Under the pieces are notes generated by a model. It ran no database searches and had not been told where the DNA came from. It was given only the letters and a program-made list of their open reading frames with translations. DNA of 64,000 nucleotides from an uncultured delta proteobacterium (GTDB lineage Bacteria; Desulfobacterota; Syntrophobacteria; BM002): positions 64,001 to 128,000 of the forward strand of contig CAVQGX010000020.1 of assembly GCA_963712115.1 (NCBI GenBank), in the 5' to 3' direction. The position numbers were made by a program, and so were the translations under genes. Positions 40,504-50,365 of the stretch are shown here, in pieces. Position 1 is the first letter of the stretch, and the number at the start of each line of letters is the position of its first letter.

Positions 40504-40514
40504 GCCAGGGGAGA

Positions 40515-42983
40515 TTGACCTTTAGGAAAATGAATAATCGTGGGCAAAGATTATCCAGACACCTTAGTCCTGATCTCATCTATATTTTGCTGCTGTTGGT
40601 CCTTGGCTTAACCGCCTATGCAAACAGCTTCTCTGCACCCTTTCATTTTGACGACAACCAAAGAATACTACAAAATGACGCTATTCGCGATCTGACCGAT
40701 ATGGCGCGGATCTTTTCTTATTGTCGGGAGCGCTTCTTAACCTATCTCAGCCTGGCAATTAATTATAGGATCAGTGGATTTGATCCGACGAGCTATCATA
40801 TTGTCAATTTTTTTATCCATTATATAGCTTCCATTTTTCTCTATTTTCTTTTTATAGAAACTTGGAAAACTCCTGCCCTTAAAGATGAAGAATCTAAGAT
40901 TTCCAAGAAGTTAGTGGGTTTTGTTGCTGCTGGAATCTTCTTACTGCATCCCCTCCAGACCCAATCCGTAACTTATATTATCCAGCGAGCCGCAAGCTTG
41001 GCCGGAATGTTTTATCTGGCAACGGTCTATTGGTACTTGAAGGCCAGATTGGCCCCAAAACGGGGTGTTTCGGTGGGGTACTATGTTCTTTTCGCCCTTT
41101 CGGCATTGGGTGCTGTATTTTCCAAAGAAACTGCGGTGACTCTCCCCGTGATAATCGCTCTCTATGAAATTTTCTTTTTCGAAACCTCAATCAAGTCGCT
41201 CATTGGCAATAAGATGTTCCTTTTCCTGATGGTGTCGGCAGGTGTCATTGTTGGCTTCAAACTAAAAGGGTTGGTGCAAAGAGGTTTTGTCAACGATCCA
41301 GGAATTCCATTTACCAGGGGGCAATATCTCCTTACCCAGTTCAGTGTACTCCTAACCTATTTGCGCCTCTTTTTTTGGCCAGTTGGGCAAAATATTGACT
41401 GGGACTATCCAATCGCCAGCAATTTTTTTGAAGTAAAAATAATTTCATCTTTCCTCTTTTTGCTCATGCTCATTGGTCTTGCCGTAATTGCTTATCGAAA
41501 GTTCAGGCTCTTCTCCCTTGGTATCTTTGCTTTTTTTCTAACCCTTATGCCAAGCTCCAGTATTATCCCGATCCTCGATGTAATCTATGAACACCGCATG
41601 TATCTTGCAGTGGCCTTCTTGGCCATGGGGTGTCTGCAGCCCATTATCCACGGAGTAGAAAGACTCAGAGAGATATCGCCCCGAGTGGTATATATTGTCA
41701 TAGTTACCATAATCGTGGCCGTACTACCTTTGCTGACCAGTCTCACCTATGCCAGGAATGAAGTTTGGGCGAGTAGTTTATCATTGTGGGAAGACTCAGT
41801 GAAAAAGTCTCCCAACAAGGCGAGACCCCACAACAACTATGGTAGGGCCCTTTACCTCCTGGGAATGACTATGACCGAAGCGGCAAAAAAGGAGTTTGAA
41901 ATTGCCAAGCGACTCTCTCCGGACTATCCCCTTCCCTACCATAATCTAGCTATGGCCTATTTTATGGAGGGAAACTATCAGAAGGCCATTACCCTGGACC
42001 TGGAAGCGTTAGAGAAAAAGCCTGATTACAAAGAGGCTCTCTACCAGATCGCCAGGAGTTACGGCGAGTTGAACCAGTGGGAAAATGCTCGGATCTATCT
42101 GGAACGGCTAATTGCCTCAGCACCTGTGTCCAGCTATCTACCGGCCTATCTTGATCTTCTCGAGGCATATCTACAGACAGGATACAAAGACAAAGCATCA
42201 GAGCTTGCTGAACGCATGGTCCAGTTACCAGATAGCATGCCTCAAGTGAATTATTATCGGGGCATGGTCTTCTACAGACTGGAGGATTTTGCCAGAGCGA
42301 AATTCTATTTCACCAGACAGGCTGGAACCGAATTCCCGTCGACTAATTCCCTTCTCATGTTAGGGCAGATCCATTATCTGGAGGGAGATTATGAAGAAGC
42401 GGAAGCAGCCTTCCGTCAGGCACTGGAAAAGCAGCCCTGGTCAATAGCTGCCAACTACAATCTTGCCATCATCTTGGAAATGAGAGACCGTTTTCAGGAA
42501 GCCAACATCCATTTTGAAAGAGCAATGGCAGTTGATGTCTTTTCCCTGGCTCCACGGATCCATCTGGTAAAACTCTATGATCATCTTGGCGAATCATCGC
42601 AGCGACTTGATTTAGTCAGGAGAATGTTTGGTTTAAGGCCTGACTCGGAAGAGTTTGCCTTTCTAAAGAGCAATGAAAAGCAAGACTTGAACAGAACCTT
42701 AAGCGGTTATGAGGAAAGATTCCTCTCGGGAAATCCTTCGCCTGGTTCGCTCAGAACCCGAGCCGTCATCGCAACTATGAGAGAAAATTACCCGGAGGCC
42801 ATTAGATTGTATGAGAAACATCTGGAAAATTTGACGGATCAGAACGAAATACAGAGGGTTAAAAAGGAAGTGTTGCGGTTGGAGGGAGTATTGCGATGGC
42901 AAAGAACCTCTTGTAACACCAGCATAGGTTTTGCTCATATAGTTTCTTACCGCAGAGTCCCGGAAAGTACTGAGAGTGATTGA
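40515..42983 (+). CDS. TMTC-like GT-C membrane glycosyltransferase with TPR tail
   Basis: FHFDDN after TM1, YHIVNFFIH, HPLQTQSVTYIIQR, SKE and EHRMYL motifs, then TPRs. The true 3' end may be about 42927. Confidence 0.8.
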   Translation: MTFRKMNNRGQRLSRHLSPDLIYILLLLVLGLTAYANSFSAPFHFDDNQRILQNDAIRDLTDMARIFSYCRERFLTYLSLAINYRISGFDPTSYHIVNFFIHYIASIFLYFLFIETWKTPALKDEESKISKKLVGFVAAGIFLLHPLQTQSVTYIIQRAASLAGMFYLATVYWYLKARLAPKRGVSVGYYVLFALSALGAVFSKETAVTLPVIIALYEIFFFETSIKSLIGNKMFLFLMVSAGVIVGFKLKGLVQRGFVNDPGIPFTRGQYLLTQFSVLLTYLRLFFWPVGQNIDWDYPIASNFFEVKIISSFLFLLMLIGLAVIAYRKFRLFSLGIFAFFLTLMPSSSIIPILDVIYEHRMYLAVAFLAMGCLQPIIHGVERLREISPRVVYIVIVTIIVAVLPLLTSLTYARNEVWASSLSLWEDSVKKSPNKARPHNNYGRALYLLGMTMTEAAKKEFEIAKRLSPDYPLPYHNLAMAYFMEGNYQKAITLDLEALEKKPDYKEALYQIARSYGELNQWENARIYLERLIASAPVSSYLPAYLDLLEAYLQTGYKDKASELAERMVQLPDSMPQVNYYRGMVFYRLEDFARAKFYFTRQAGTEFPSTNSLLMLGQIHYLEGDYEEAEAAFRQALEKQPWSIAANYNLAIILEMRDRFQEANIHFERAMAVDVFSLAPRIHLVKLYDHLGESSQRLDLVRRMFGLRPDSEEFAFLKSNEKQDLNRTLSGYEERFLSGNPSPGSLRTRAVIATMRENYPEAIRLYEKHLENLTDQNEIQRVKKEVLRLEGVLRWQRTSCNTSIGFAHIVSYRRVPESTESD

Positions 42984-43051
42984 TTTTAAAAGTGGTATTT
43001 CCCGGCATTGAAAATGCATATTCTCTCAGCGTCTTCTCTGTCTGTGCAGCG
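42949..43051. repeat. 9-nt-unit hairpin (cgcagagNN family), degenerate
   Basis: accgcagagtcccggaaagtactgagag ... ctctcagcgtcttctctgtctgtgcagcg. Confidence 0.55.
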
Positions 43052-43080
43052 AAAAACGTAAATATAATGAAATTAATGAC

Positions 43081-44565
43081 ATGGCCGATGTTTTCGTACT
43101 CAACCCGCCAGTGGTACAAGATTTCTGCCGCTCAGCCCGCTGGGCCGCCAGATCAAGAGGGCGGGTGCAGCGCCACCCGGATTGGCTGCTCACAGCGGTG
43201 GCCGTCCTTGAGGAGGCGGGATTCACTGTAGACTTCCTGGATGGCCCGGTGTTGAACCTCGAGCGGCAGGAGGTGTTGTCTGCGCTGAAGAAGAGCAGAC
43301 CTGGGCTTGTGGTCCTGCACACCACCACGCCTTCTATAGACTCCGACCTTAGTTACGCATCATTGGCTAAAGAGCTCCTCCCCAACTGCCGAACCGTTGC
43401 CGTGGGCCCTCACGTGACCGCCGAACCGGAAGATACCCTTAAAAGAGCCAACGGCACCCTGGACGCTGTAGTTCGGGGGGAATACGACTATACTTTACGT
43501 GAACTGGTGCAACTGGCGAGCTCCGGCTGGGATTTATCGGAGCTTTCGGAAATTGAGGGCATATCCTATCTTGATCAGGAAAACAAACTTGTGCACACGG
43601 TGTCGAGGCCCTATCTCGATGTGAATGAACTGCCCTTTCCGTCCTGGCAGCATATAGATCCCAAGTGGTATCGGGACGCAGGCAAGCGGTTTCCTTTTAT
43701 CACCCTTATTTCGGGCAGGGGGTGCTTTGGTCGGTGCACATTTTGCAGGGATGTACCCTTGATGGAAGGGAAAAAGCTCAGGATGCGAAATCCTGAGCTG
43801 GTGGTAGATGAGATCGAATACGACTTCTCCCTTTTTCCTTACCTGAGGGAGGTGATGTTTGAGACCGACACCTTTACCGCCTCGCCAAAACATGTAGAGG
43901 GTGTGTGTAGAGAAATTCTTAAGAGAAATCTGAAAATCACTTGGTCATGCAACTGTCGCACTGATGTGGATCTCGAGCTCCTTCCCTTGATGAAGCAGGC
44001 CGGATGCCGCATGCTCATGGTGGGCTTCGAATTCGGCACCCAGGAGGCCTTGGACGCAGTGAGGAAAGGCACGACTCTGGAGCAGTCGGTGCGCTTGGCC
44101 AAAGAAGCGCAAAGACTTGGATTTACGGTGCACGGCTGCTTTATGTTCGGTGCCCCAGGCGAGAACATGGAGTCAGCCCTCAAGACCATAGAGTTCGCCA
44201 AATCACTACCCATGGATACGGTACAGTTCTCCGGAATTTGCGCCTATCCGGGAACCGAGATTTACCAGCAGGCTAGCAAAAATGGTACTCTCGTGCCAAA
44301 CACCTGGCGGGAGTGGGTGGATGAAAACTGGGAACAGGTAACAGTTCTAGACTATCCAGGGCTGAGCAAGGAGGAGATTGATCGGCTCATCGATAGAGGA
44401 CTCAGGGAGTTCTATCTGAGACCAAAACAGATTCTGAAGATGATTTGGGCCACACGCACACCTGATGATCTAAAGCGGAAGCTGTATGGTCTAAAAGGCT
44501 TATTGAAATCGCTCAGAGTGAGTGCAGGCAAAAACATTGGGGGTTCGCAGCAGTGCCTCTATTGA
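43081..44565 (+). CDS. B12-binding radical SAM protein
   Basis: N-terminal cobalamin-type domain (TTTPS, GPHVT, RGEYD); GRGCFGRCTFC; VGFEFG; YPGT. Confidence 0.88.
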   Translation: MADVFVLNPPVVQDFCRSARWAARSRGRVQRHPDWLLTAVAVLEEAGFTVDFLDGPVLNLERQEVLSALKKSRPGLVVLHTTTPSIDSDLSYASLAKELLPNCRTVAVGPHVTAEPEDTLKRANGTLDAVVRGEYDYTLRELVQLASSGWDLSELSEIEGISYLDQENKLVHTVSRPYLDVNELPFPSWQHIDPKWYRDAGKRFPFITLISGRGCFGRCTFCRDVPLMEGKKLRMRNPELVVDEIEYDFSLFPYLREVMFETDTFTASPKHVEGVCREILKRNLKITWSCNCRTDVDLELLPLMKQAGCRMLMVGFEFGTQEALDAVRKGTTLEQSVRLAKEAQRLGFTVHGCFMFGAPGENMESALKTIEFAKSLPMDTVQFSGICAYPGTEIYQQASKNGTLVPNTWREWVDENWEQVTVLDYPGLSKEEIDRLIDRGLREFYLRPKQILKMIWATRTPDDLKRKLYGLKGLLKSLRVSAGKNIGGSQQCLY

Positions 44566-44683
44566 TTCGACTGGATTGGAGATCACACAGTATATGGTAA
44601 AATTCTGTCTGATTCTGGCAGTTTAGGCGATGGCACAAGAACTTACGTAAAGCCTGAACAAGAAAGGTATCAGCAAAATCAAC

Positions 44684-45550
44684 ATGCGACTCGACAAGAG
44701 TGATCAATCAATTGAGATAATCTACACTCCCGACTCCCAGTTGAGACGGCCGGGGCAGTTGTTACGCAGCATGGTACGCGACCTTCTGGCTTCACGCGAG
44801 CTTGCCTGGCGCTTGTTTGTCCGTAACGTCAATGCCATGTATCGACAAACGGTTCTCGGGTATGTTTGGGCTTTTTTGCCACCTGTATTTACTGCCTTCG
44901 TTTTTGTGTTTTTGAATTCCCAGCGAATTCTCAATGTGGGTGCAACGAGCATTCCTTACCCAGCATATGCCTTGATTGGTACAGTGCTATGGCAGACATT
45001 TGCTGATGCGCTAAATAGTCCACTCCGGATGATTAATCAGTCAAAATCTTTTCTCGTTAAAATCAATTTTCCTCGAGAATCTCTTATCTTAGCTGGCATA
45101 GGAGAGGTTTTCTTCAACTTTGCCATCCGGCTGTTTCTGCTGCTATTAGTCTTTTATTGGTATGGACTTCCTATTTCTTTAGGTATTTTGTTAGCCCCTG
45201 TAGGAATTATTTCTCTTGTCGCTTTGGGTTTACTTTTTGGGATCTTCTTGGTTCCTCTAGGGGTACTTTACCAGGATATTGAAAAGGCATTGCCCTTGTT
45301 CACCTCTACCTGGCTTTTGCTGACGCCCGTTGTGTATCCACCTCCCACGAGTTGGCCAGCTTCTCTGATCTCGACCATAAATCCGGTGAGTCCCCTTCTG
45401 GTCACCACCCGCGAGATGCTCACCAAAGGCACTTTGGCACACATGTCTGGTTTTTATGTGGTAATGGGATTGACATTCCTCTTTCTTTTAATGGGCTGGG
45501 TTTTATATCGACTTGCCCTGCCTCATCTGATTGAAAGGATGGGGGCTTAA
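44684..45550 (+). CDS. wzm: Polysaccharide ABC exporter permease
   Basis: YRQTVLGYVWAFL-P, KINFPRE, TPVVYP and NP motifs. Confidence 0.88.
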   Translation: MRLDKSDQSIEIIYTPDSQLRRPGQLLRSMVRDLLASRELAWRLFVRNVNAMYRQTVLGYVWAFLPPVFTAFVFVFLNSQRILNVGATSIPYPAYALIGTVLWQTFADALNSPLRMINQSKSFLVKINFPRESLILAGIGEVFFNFAIRLFLLLLVFYWYGLPISLGILLAPVGIISLVALGLLFGIFLVPLGVLYQDIEKALPLFTSTWLLLTPVVYPPPTSWPASLISTINPVSPLLVTTREMLTKGTLAHMSGFYVVMGLTFLFLLMGWVLYRLALPHLIERMGA

Positions 45551-45706
45551 TGGTTAAAGCCATGCTTATATCTAAGGTCAGCATTAATGATGAAAAATTC
45601 TCACTGTAAAAGCGCAGATCTGACAGCTATTTAGTTCAAGTGAACAGTGGTTGCAGATCTTTGCACCGCAACTACTGCAGAGAGAAGTCTAGGTTTGAGC
45701 AATAAA

Positions 45707-46951
45707 ATGACAGATGAAAACATAGTTGAAGTTAAAGACTTATCCAAGAAATTCTGCCGTGATCTGAGAAGGTCTTTGCGGTATGGAGTTCAGGACATTG
45801 CACGTGAAATGTCAGGTCGAGTGCCGCCGCAGGTTGACTTGCGCCAGAAGGAATTTTGGGCCCTTAAAGGTATCACCTTTCGGCTGAAGCGGGGCGAATG
45901 TCTTGGACTTATCGGCCGTAACGGTGCCGGAAAGAGTACAATATTGAAGTTGCTGCACGGCTTAGTCAAGCCCAATGTAGGGCGCATCGAGATACGTGGC
46001 AGTGTAGGAGCATTGATTGAATTGGGCGCAGGATTCAATCCCATTCTAACGGGCAGAGAAAACATTTATATAAACGCATCTCTGTTGGGCATTTCCAAGA
46101 AAAAAGCAAATAATATTATTGATCAAATCGTTACCTTTGCAGAAATTGATGAATTTATCGATACGCCGGTTCAAAATTATAGTTCCGGAATGCAAGTACG
46201 GCTCGGATTTGCCATTGCAGCACATGTCAATCCCCAGCTACTACTAGTCGATGAGGTGTTGGCAGTAGGAGATATGAAGTTCCAACGTAAATGTTTGCAA
46301 TACATGACAAATTACTTAGAAAATAAAGGATCTATTATTTTGGTGTCTCATAACATGCATTTAATACAATCTATTTGCAGCCAATGTCTAATAATTGATC
46401 AGGGAACTATTAAATTTAGTGGTTCAGTCACTGAAGGAATAAGTACCTATTATAATATGCATAATGCTTCAAGGAATGAATTTATAACTAATTATCAGGA
46501 TGAAATCATAGAAACTCAGGCTCTTGTAATCGAAAAAGTGGATATTAGTACCGCTGAAGGTGGGGAAGTCAAGACGGGTGAAGACGCTTATCTAACGTTA
46601 TACTATCAATCAGCTAAAGACCTCGGCGAGGTAACCTGGGGATTTTCTTTCTGGAGCGCAGATCAACGAACTCGCATTGCAACGTGTACTGCAAAACATT
46701 CGGGTATGGATTGTACACTTCTTAGGGGGAAAGGACGATTACGCTGCAAGCTGCCGAGCCTTCCCTTGGTGGCCGGCGGATACGTGGTTAAGGTCGGAAT
46801 ATACGACATAAAGACATCTTGGCCTATTGCTAGAAAAGGCTGGGAAGACATGCCCGCATATTTTGAGGTCAAGCCGTCTGGGAGTGAAATTGATAATCGC
46901 CGGATGATTGATGGTGATATTGTAGCAATCGATGTTGAGTGGATGGCCTAA
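45707..46951 (+). CDS. wzt: Polysaccharide ABC exporter ATPase with C-terminal carbohydrate-binding domain
   Basis: EFWALK, GRNGAGKST, YSSGM and DEVLAVGD-FQRKC motifs; Wzt_C-type tail. Confidence 0.9.
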   Translation: MTDENIVEVKDLSKKFCRDLRRSLRYGVQDIAREMSGRVPPQVDLRQKEFWALKGITFRLKRGECLGLIGRNGAGKSTILKLLHGLVKPNVGRIEIRGSVGALIELGAGFNPILTGRENIYINASLLGISKKKANNIIDQIVTFAEIDEFIDTPVQNYSSGMQVRLGFAIAAHVNPQLLLVDEVLAVGDMKFQRKCLQYMTNYLENKGSIILVSHNMHLIQSICSQCLIIDQGTIKFSGSVTEGISTYYNMHNASRNEFITNYQDEIIETQALVIEKVDISTAEGGEVKTGEDAYLTLYYQSAKDLGEVTWGFSFWSADQRTRIATCTAKHSGMDCTLLRGKGRLRCKLPSLPLVAGGYVVKVGIYDIKTSWPIARKGWEDMPAYFEVKPSGSEIDNRRMIDGDIVAIDVEWMA

Positions 46952-47105
46952 AATAGATGCTTTCAAGACTCATTCGAAATTTTGTTAGTGATTTTAAGAA
47001 TATTTTAGTCAAAATTTATCAAGTTTAAACGTTAATCGTTACAGGTATCAGAGGAATTGTTTTGATATATAGAATCAATAACTTAGAAGGTCATTTGTCG
47101 AGTCG

Positions 47106-47987
47106 ATGTCTGAGATTAGTATTTTAATTCGCACCTATAATGAAGAGGAATTTCTACCTCTTACAGTCGAAGCACTGTTCGCACAAAGTGAAAAGTCCTT
47201 CGATATAGTGTTGGTAGATTCTGGTTCAACCGATAAGACATTGGAGATTGCCAGAGGCTATGATGGAATAAAGATTATTGAAGTTTCCAAAAAAGACTTT
47301 ACCTATGGCAGAGCTCTGAATATTGGTATGGCAGCGGTTGTGGACCGGGCAAAATATGTTGCTATGCTTAGTGCTCATGCAGTTCCATGTAATGAGAATT
47401 GGTTGAGCGAGCTCTTGCTTCCGGTACGAGGCCATTCCGAAGTGGTGGGTGTGTATGGCAAGCAAGTGCCTTTTCCGGATCATATGTGCAATCCTATTGT
47501 GCGCGCACTGGCTACCGAGGTATATCCAAACTGTTACGGAGACAAGCCTTTCATAACGACTAATTCATATTTCTTTTCTAATGTGAACAGTCTGATTACT
47601 TCTGAAAACTGGCAGCGCCATAAATTTGATGAGTCTCTCGAGTATTGTGAAGACGCGAGTTGGGCTAAAGCAGTGATTGATTCAGGTGGATGGATTGCTT
47701 ATCAGCCAGCTGCTGCAGTTTATCATTCACACGCCGATACCTTTCGCAACTATTTTGTACGTGCTTACTGTGAAGGAAAAGCGTCGCGAAAAATTGATCC
47801 TGTCTCACATCCTCTATTAGGAAGAAGAGAATGCTTGCGAATGCTTAAGAACTTATTCCTCATATATCTACGGCGTTGCCTGCTGGAGCAATCGCTGCGT
47901 GGTTTGCATTGGGATATCTGCCGTTTTCGGGTGGTAAACACACTCGCCACTTATAAAGGACGAAAAGATGCAAGGGTTGGATCATAA
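47106..47987 (+). CDS. GT2 glycosyltransferase (rhamnosyltransferase-like)
   Basis: ISILIRTYNEE, VDSGSTD, F-YGRALN, LSAH, ED-W and VYHSH motifs. Confidence 0.88.
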   Translation: MSEISILIRTYNEEEFLPLTVEALFAQSEKSFDIVLVDSGSTDKTLEIARGYDGIKIIEVSKKDFTYGRALNIGMAAVVDRAKYVAMLSAHAVPCNENWLSELLLPVRGHSEVVGVYGKQVPFPDHMCNPIVRALATEVYPNCYGDKPFITTNSYFFSNVNSLITSENWQRHKFDESLEYCEDASWAKAVIDSGGWIAYQPAAAVYHSHADTFRNYFVRAYCEGKASRKIDPVSHPLLGRRECLRMLKNLFLIYLRRCLLEQSLRGLHWDICRFRVVNTLATYKGRKDARVGS

Positions 47988-49275
47988 AATTTTGTTCATC
48001 CTGTTGGACGCTTTTCGGCACGACTACATCAATTCAGTGGACACCCCTTTCCTATATTCAAAAATATCTCAAGGTTTATATGCAAAAAAGTTGAAAAGTG
48101 TGGCCGGTTTTACTCAGCGAACGGCGATCTACACTGGAACTACTGGAGGGGAGAGTGGAATGTTCACCATGTTCACCTTCGACTCCGAAAAATCTCCATT
48201 CCGTTTCTTACGGGACAATGCAAAACTTGCGAGGTTCTCGTCAAGGAGGCGCTGGTGGGATGCACTTCCTTCATGGCCTGGCCTGGGCCTCGTGAGTGAG
48301 ATTATGAATGGTCGTTTTCAGGACCATTTGAACAGTTTTCGGGAATGGATAACAAAAGAAGCCAAAAAATATGCCTCCAATGCACCTTTGGCGAATATCC
48401 CTCTGACTTTATTGCCAGAGATAGGAGTCTCTGAAGACAACCTTCCTATATATCTGCCGGGAGCTTTTAAACAAGAGAGCATATTTGACGTCTTTCAGCA
48501 AACAGGCATCTTATATGAATATCTAATGTATCCTCTGATAGATTGCCAAGACGACGATGTATTGGAAGCATTTATCGAAAAAAAGGATTCCCAATCCCAC
48601 ATTCTTTTTGGCCAGCTTTCCGACTCTGATATGATTGTCCACCATTGTGGGCCCGAATCGTATGAGCGTCGAAAAGTCGTAGGGGAAATTGATCGCAAGT
48701 TACGCGAAATTTCCACCAACTATGGCGGCAGTACAACTTGGATTATCGTTGGCGACCACGGTATGACAGAAGTGATCGAGGAGATCGACGTTCCCGCTCT
48801 GCTTTCCCCGATTGAGCGCAGATTAGATGTTGAAATGGGCCGTGACTACTTGCTCTTTCTCGATTCAACCATGGCACGTTTTAGGTGGAAGACGGAAGCA
48901 GGAAAAATTTTCCTTGAAGAGGTGAAAAAGCAGGAACGATTATTAAAGAAGGGGTTTTTCGTTAACAAGCAACTAGCCAACGAGTACTCTATTCCTTTTC
49001 CGGATAGACGGTATGGCGACTTAATTTGGTGGGCAAATATTGGAGTGTTGCTCTTCCCGGACTATTTTCATGACCATTACACACATGTCAAAGGCATGCA
49101 CGGCTACAATTCAGCCCACGATGACATGAAGGGGTTTTTCCTTGCATTTGGCCCAGGGATTCAACCAAAAGAGATAGAGGAAGTTCATTTGATTGATGTG
49201 TGTCCTTCAATTTGTGCAGCAGTTGGTGTCCGCCCCACGGGAAATAATCAAGGTACTTGCTTACTGGTGAACTGA
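47968..49275 (+). CDS. Alkaline phosphatase superfamily / nucleotide pyrophosphatase-phosphodiesterase
   Basis: LLDAFRHDY, D-HH-G, GDHGM, DSTMARF and KGMHGY motifs. Confidence 0.85.
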   Translation: MQGLDHKILFILLDAFRHDYINSVDTPFLYSKISQGLYAKKLKSVAGFTQRTAIYTGTTGGESGMFTMFTFDSEKSPFRFLRDNAKLARFSSRRRWWDALPSWPGLGLVSEIMNGRFQDHLNSFREWITKEAKKYASNAPLANIPLTLLPEIGVSEDNLPIYLPGAFKQESIFDVFQQTGILYEYLMYPLIDCQDDDVLEAFIEKKDSQSHILFGQLSDSDMIVHHCGPESYERRKVVGEIDRKLREISTNYGGSTTWIIVGDHGMTEVIEEIDVPALLSPIERRLDVEMGRDYLLFLDSTMARFRWKTEAGKIFLEEVKKQERLLKKGFFVNKQLANEYSIPFPDRRYGDLIWWANIGVLLFPDYFHDHYTHVKGMHGYNSAHDDMKGFFLAFGPGIQPKEIEEVHLIDVCPSICAAVGVRPTGNNQGTCLLVN

Positions 49276-50123
49276 TGTCAAAGTTGACGCTTCACAATCA
49301 GGATGACATTGATAGAGACATACGACAGGACTTGGATCATATTATCAATGGCATTGCAAGTGGTAACTTCGAGTACTCTTCAATCTATTTGATTGGAGCA
49401 TTTGGACGTGGCGAAGGCACAGTACAATTTGATGGCAAGCGATGGCGTGCTGTTAACGATTATGATTTGCTCGTAATAGCACCAAGCTGCCCAAAAATTG
49501 GACCATTTCTAAAAACTCTCAGCAGCAAACTGGCTCAGTCGCTCAAAGTCGATTTTGTTGATCTTGGCTGCGTACAAAGGGAATCTTTACCTTATCTGGA
49601 ATGCACAATACAGAACTATGACTTTAAATATGGAAGCAAACTCTTAGCGGGTGAGGATGTGCTGAGTGAAATCCCCCAATTTCGACCGGAAGCCATCGCG
49701 CCTTATGAAATAGTTCGTCTTATTTGTAACCGTGCGGCTGGTCTTCTTTCTGCATATCTACCGGATAATACCGGCTCTCCGCATTATTACGCAAATCAAT
49801 GCATGAAGGCTTGTATTGCTGTGGGTGACGCAGCAGTGTACCTAGGCAGGGGATATCATCGCTTGTATGAAACACGATTAGAAATGTTCTGTTCTCTCGC
49901 TGCTAACGATGGCCTTCCTTTCTCCCTGCCTCCGAAGGCGATCGATGCTGTGATTGAAGCATATAAAAGGAAACTCGAAGGTCTTCATTCTGTGCCATTT
50001 TCTATTGATGAAGTGTTAATGAAGATTATGATTGGCGAAGTATATTGCGCGATAACGAGACATTGCACGGATAAAGCTTACGTATACCGTTGGTTATTTC
50101 CATTTTCTACCCCCTCCGGATGA
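49275..50123 (+). CDS. Pol-beta-type nucleotidyltransferase-like protein, probably 3'-truncated
   Basis: LIGAFGRGEG...NDYDLLV motif; TGATG coupling with the upstream gene. Confidence 0.7.
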   Translation: MSKLTLHNQDDIDRDIRQDLDHIINGIASGNFEYSSIYLIGAFGRGEGTVQFDGKRWRAVNDYDLLVIAPSCPKIGPFLKTLSSKLAQSLKVDFVDLGCVQRESLPYLECTIQNYDFKYGSKLLAGEDVLSEIPQFRPEAIAPYEIVRLICNRAAGLLSAYLPDNTGSPHYYANQCMKACIAVGDAAVYLGRGYHRLYETRLEMFCSLAANDGLPFSLPPKAIDAVIEAYKRKLEGLHSVPFSIDEVLMKIMIGEVYCAITRHCTDKAYVYRWLFPFSTPSG

Positions 50124-50198
50124 TGCTGGCGGGTACGAACTTGCCTGCATGGAATTGGTGTGTTGTTTCCTTAAAGGATCAGCTTTTCAGGAAGGTTG
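50078..50198 (+). pseudogene. Remnant of a GT4 N-terminus
   Basis: With one indel this reads LVISIFY-PP-DDAGGYELACMELV, a typical GT4 start motif, and then stops. Confidence 0.45.
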
Positions 50199-50365
50199 AT
50201 TAGCTTCGAGGTTTACGCTCTGTGGTTTACAACAGCCAGAGGGTTTTTAACTAGAAAACGTGCAAAATTAAATACTTTTATCCTCAAATATGTTTTGGTG
50301 AATCCAAGGTGGACGAGTAAAAGAATTACTAGTGAGATTGATCACTGAATTGTACAGGCAAAGCA

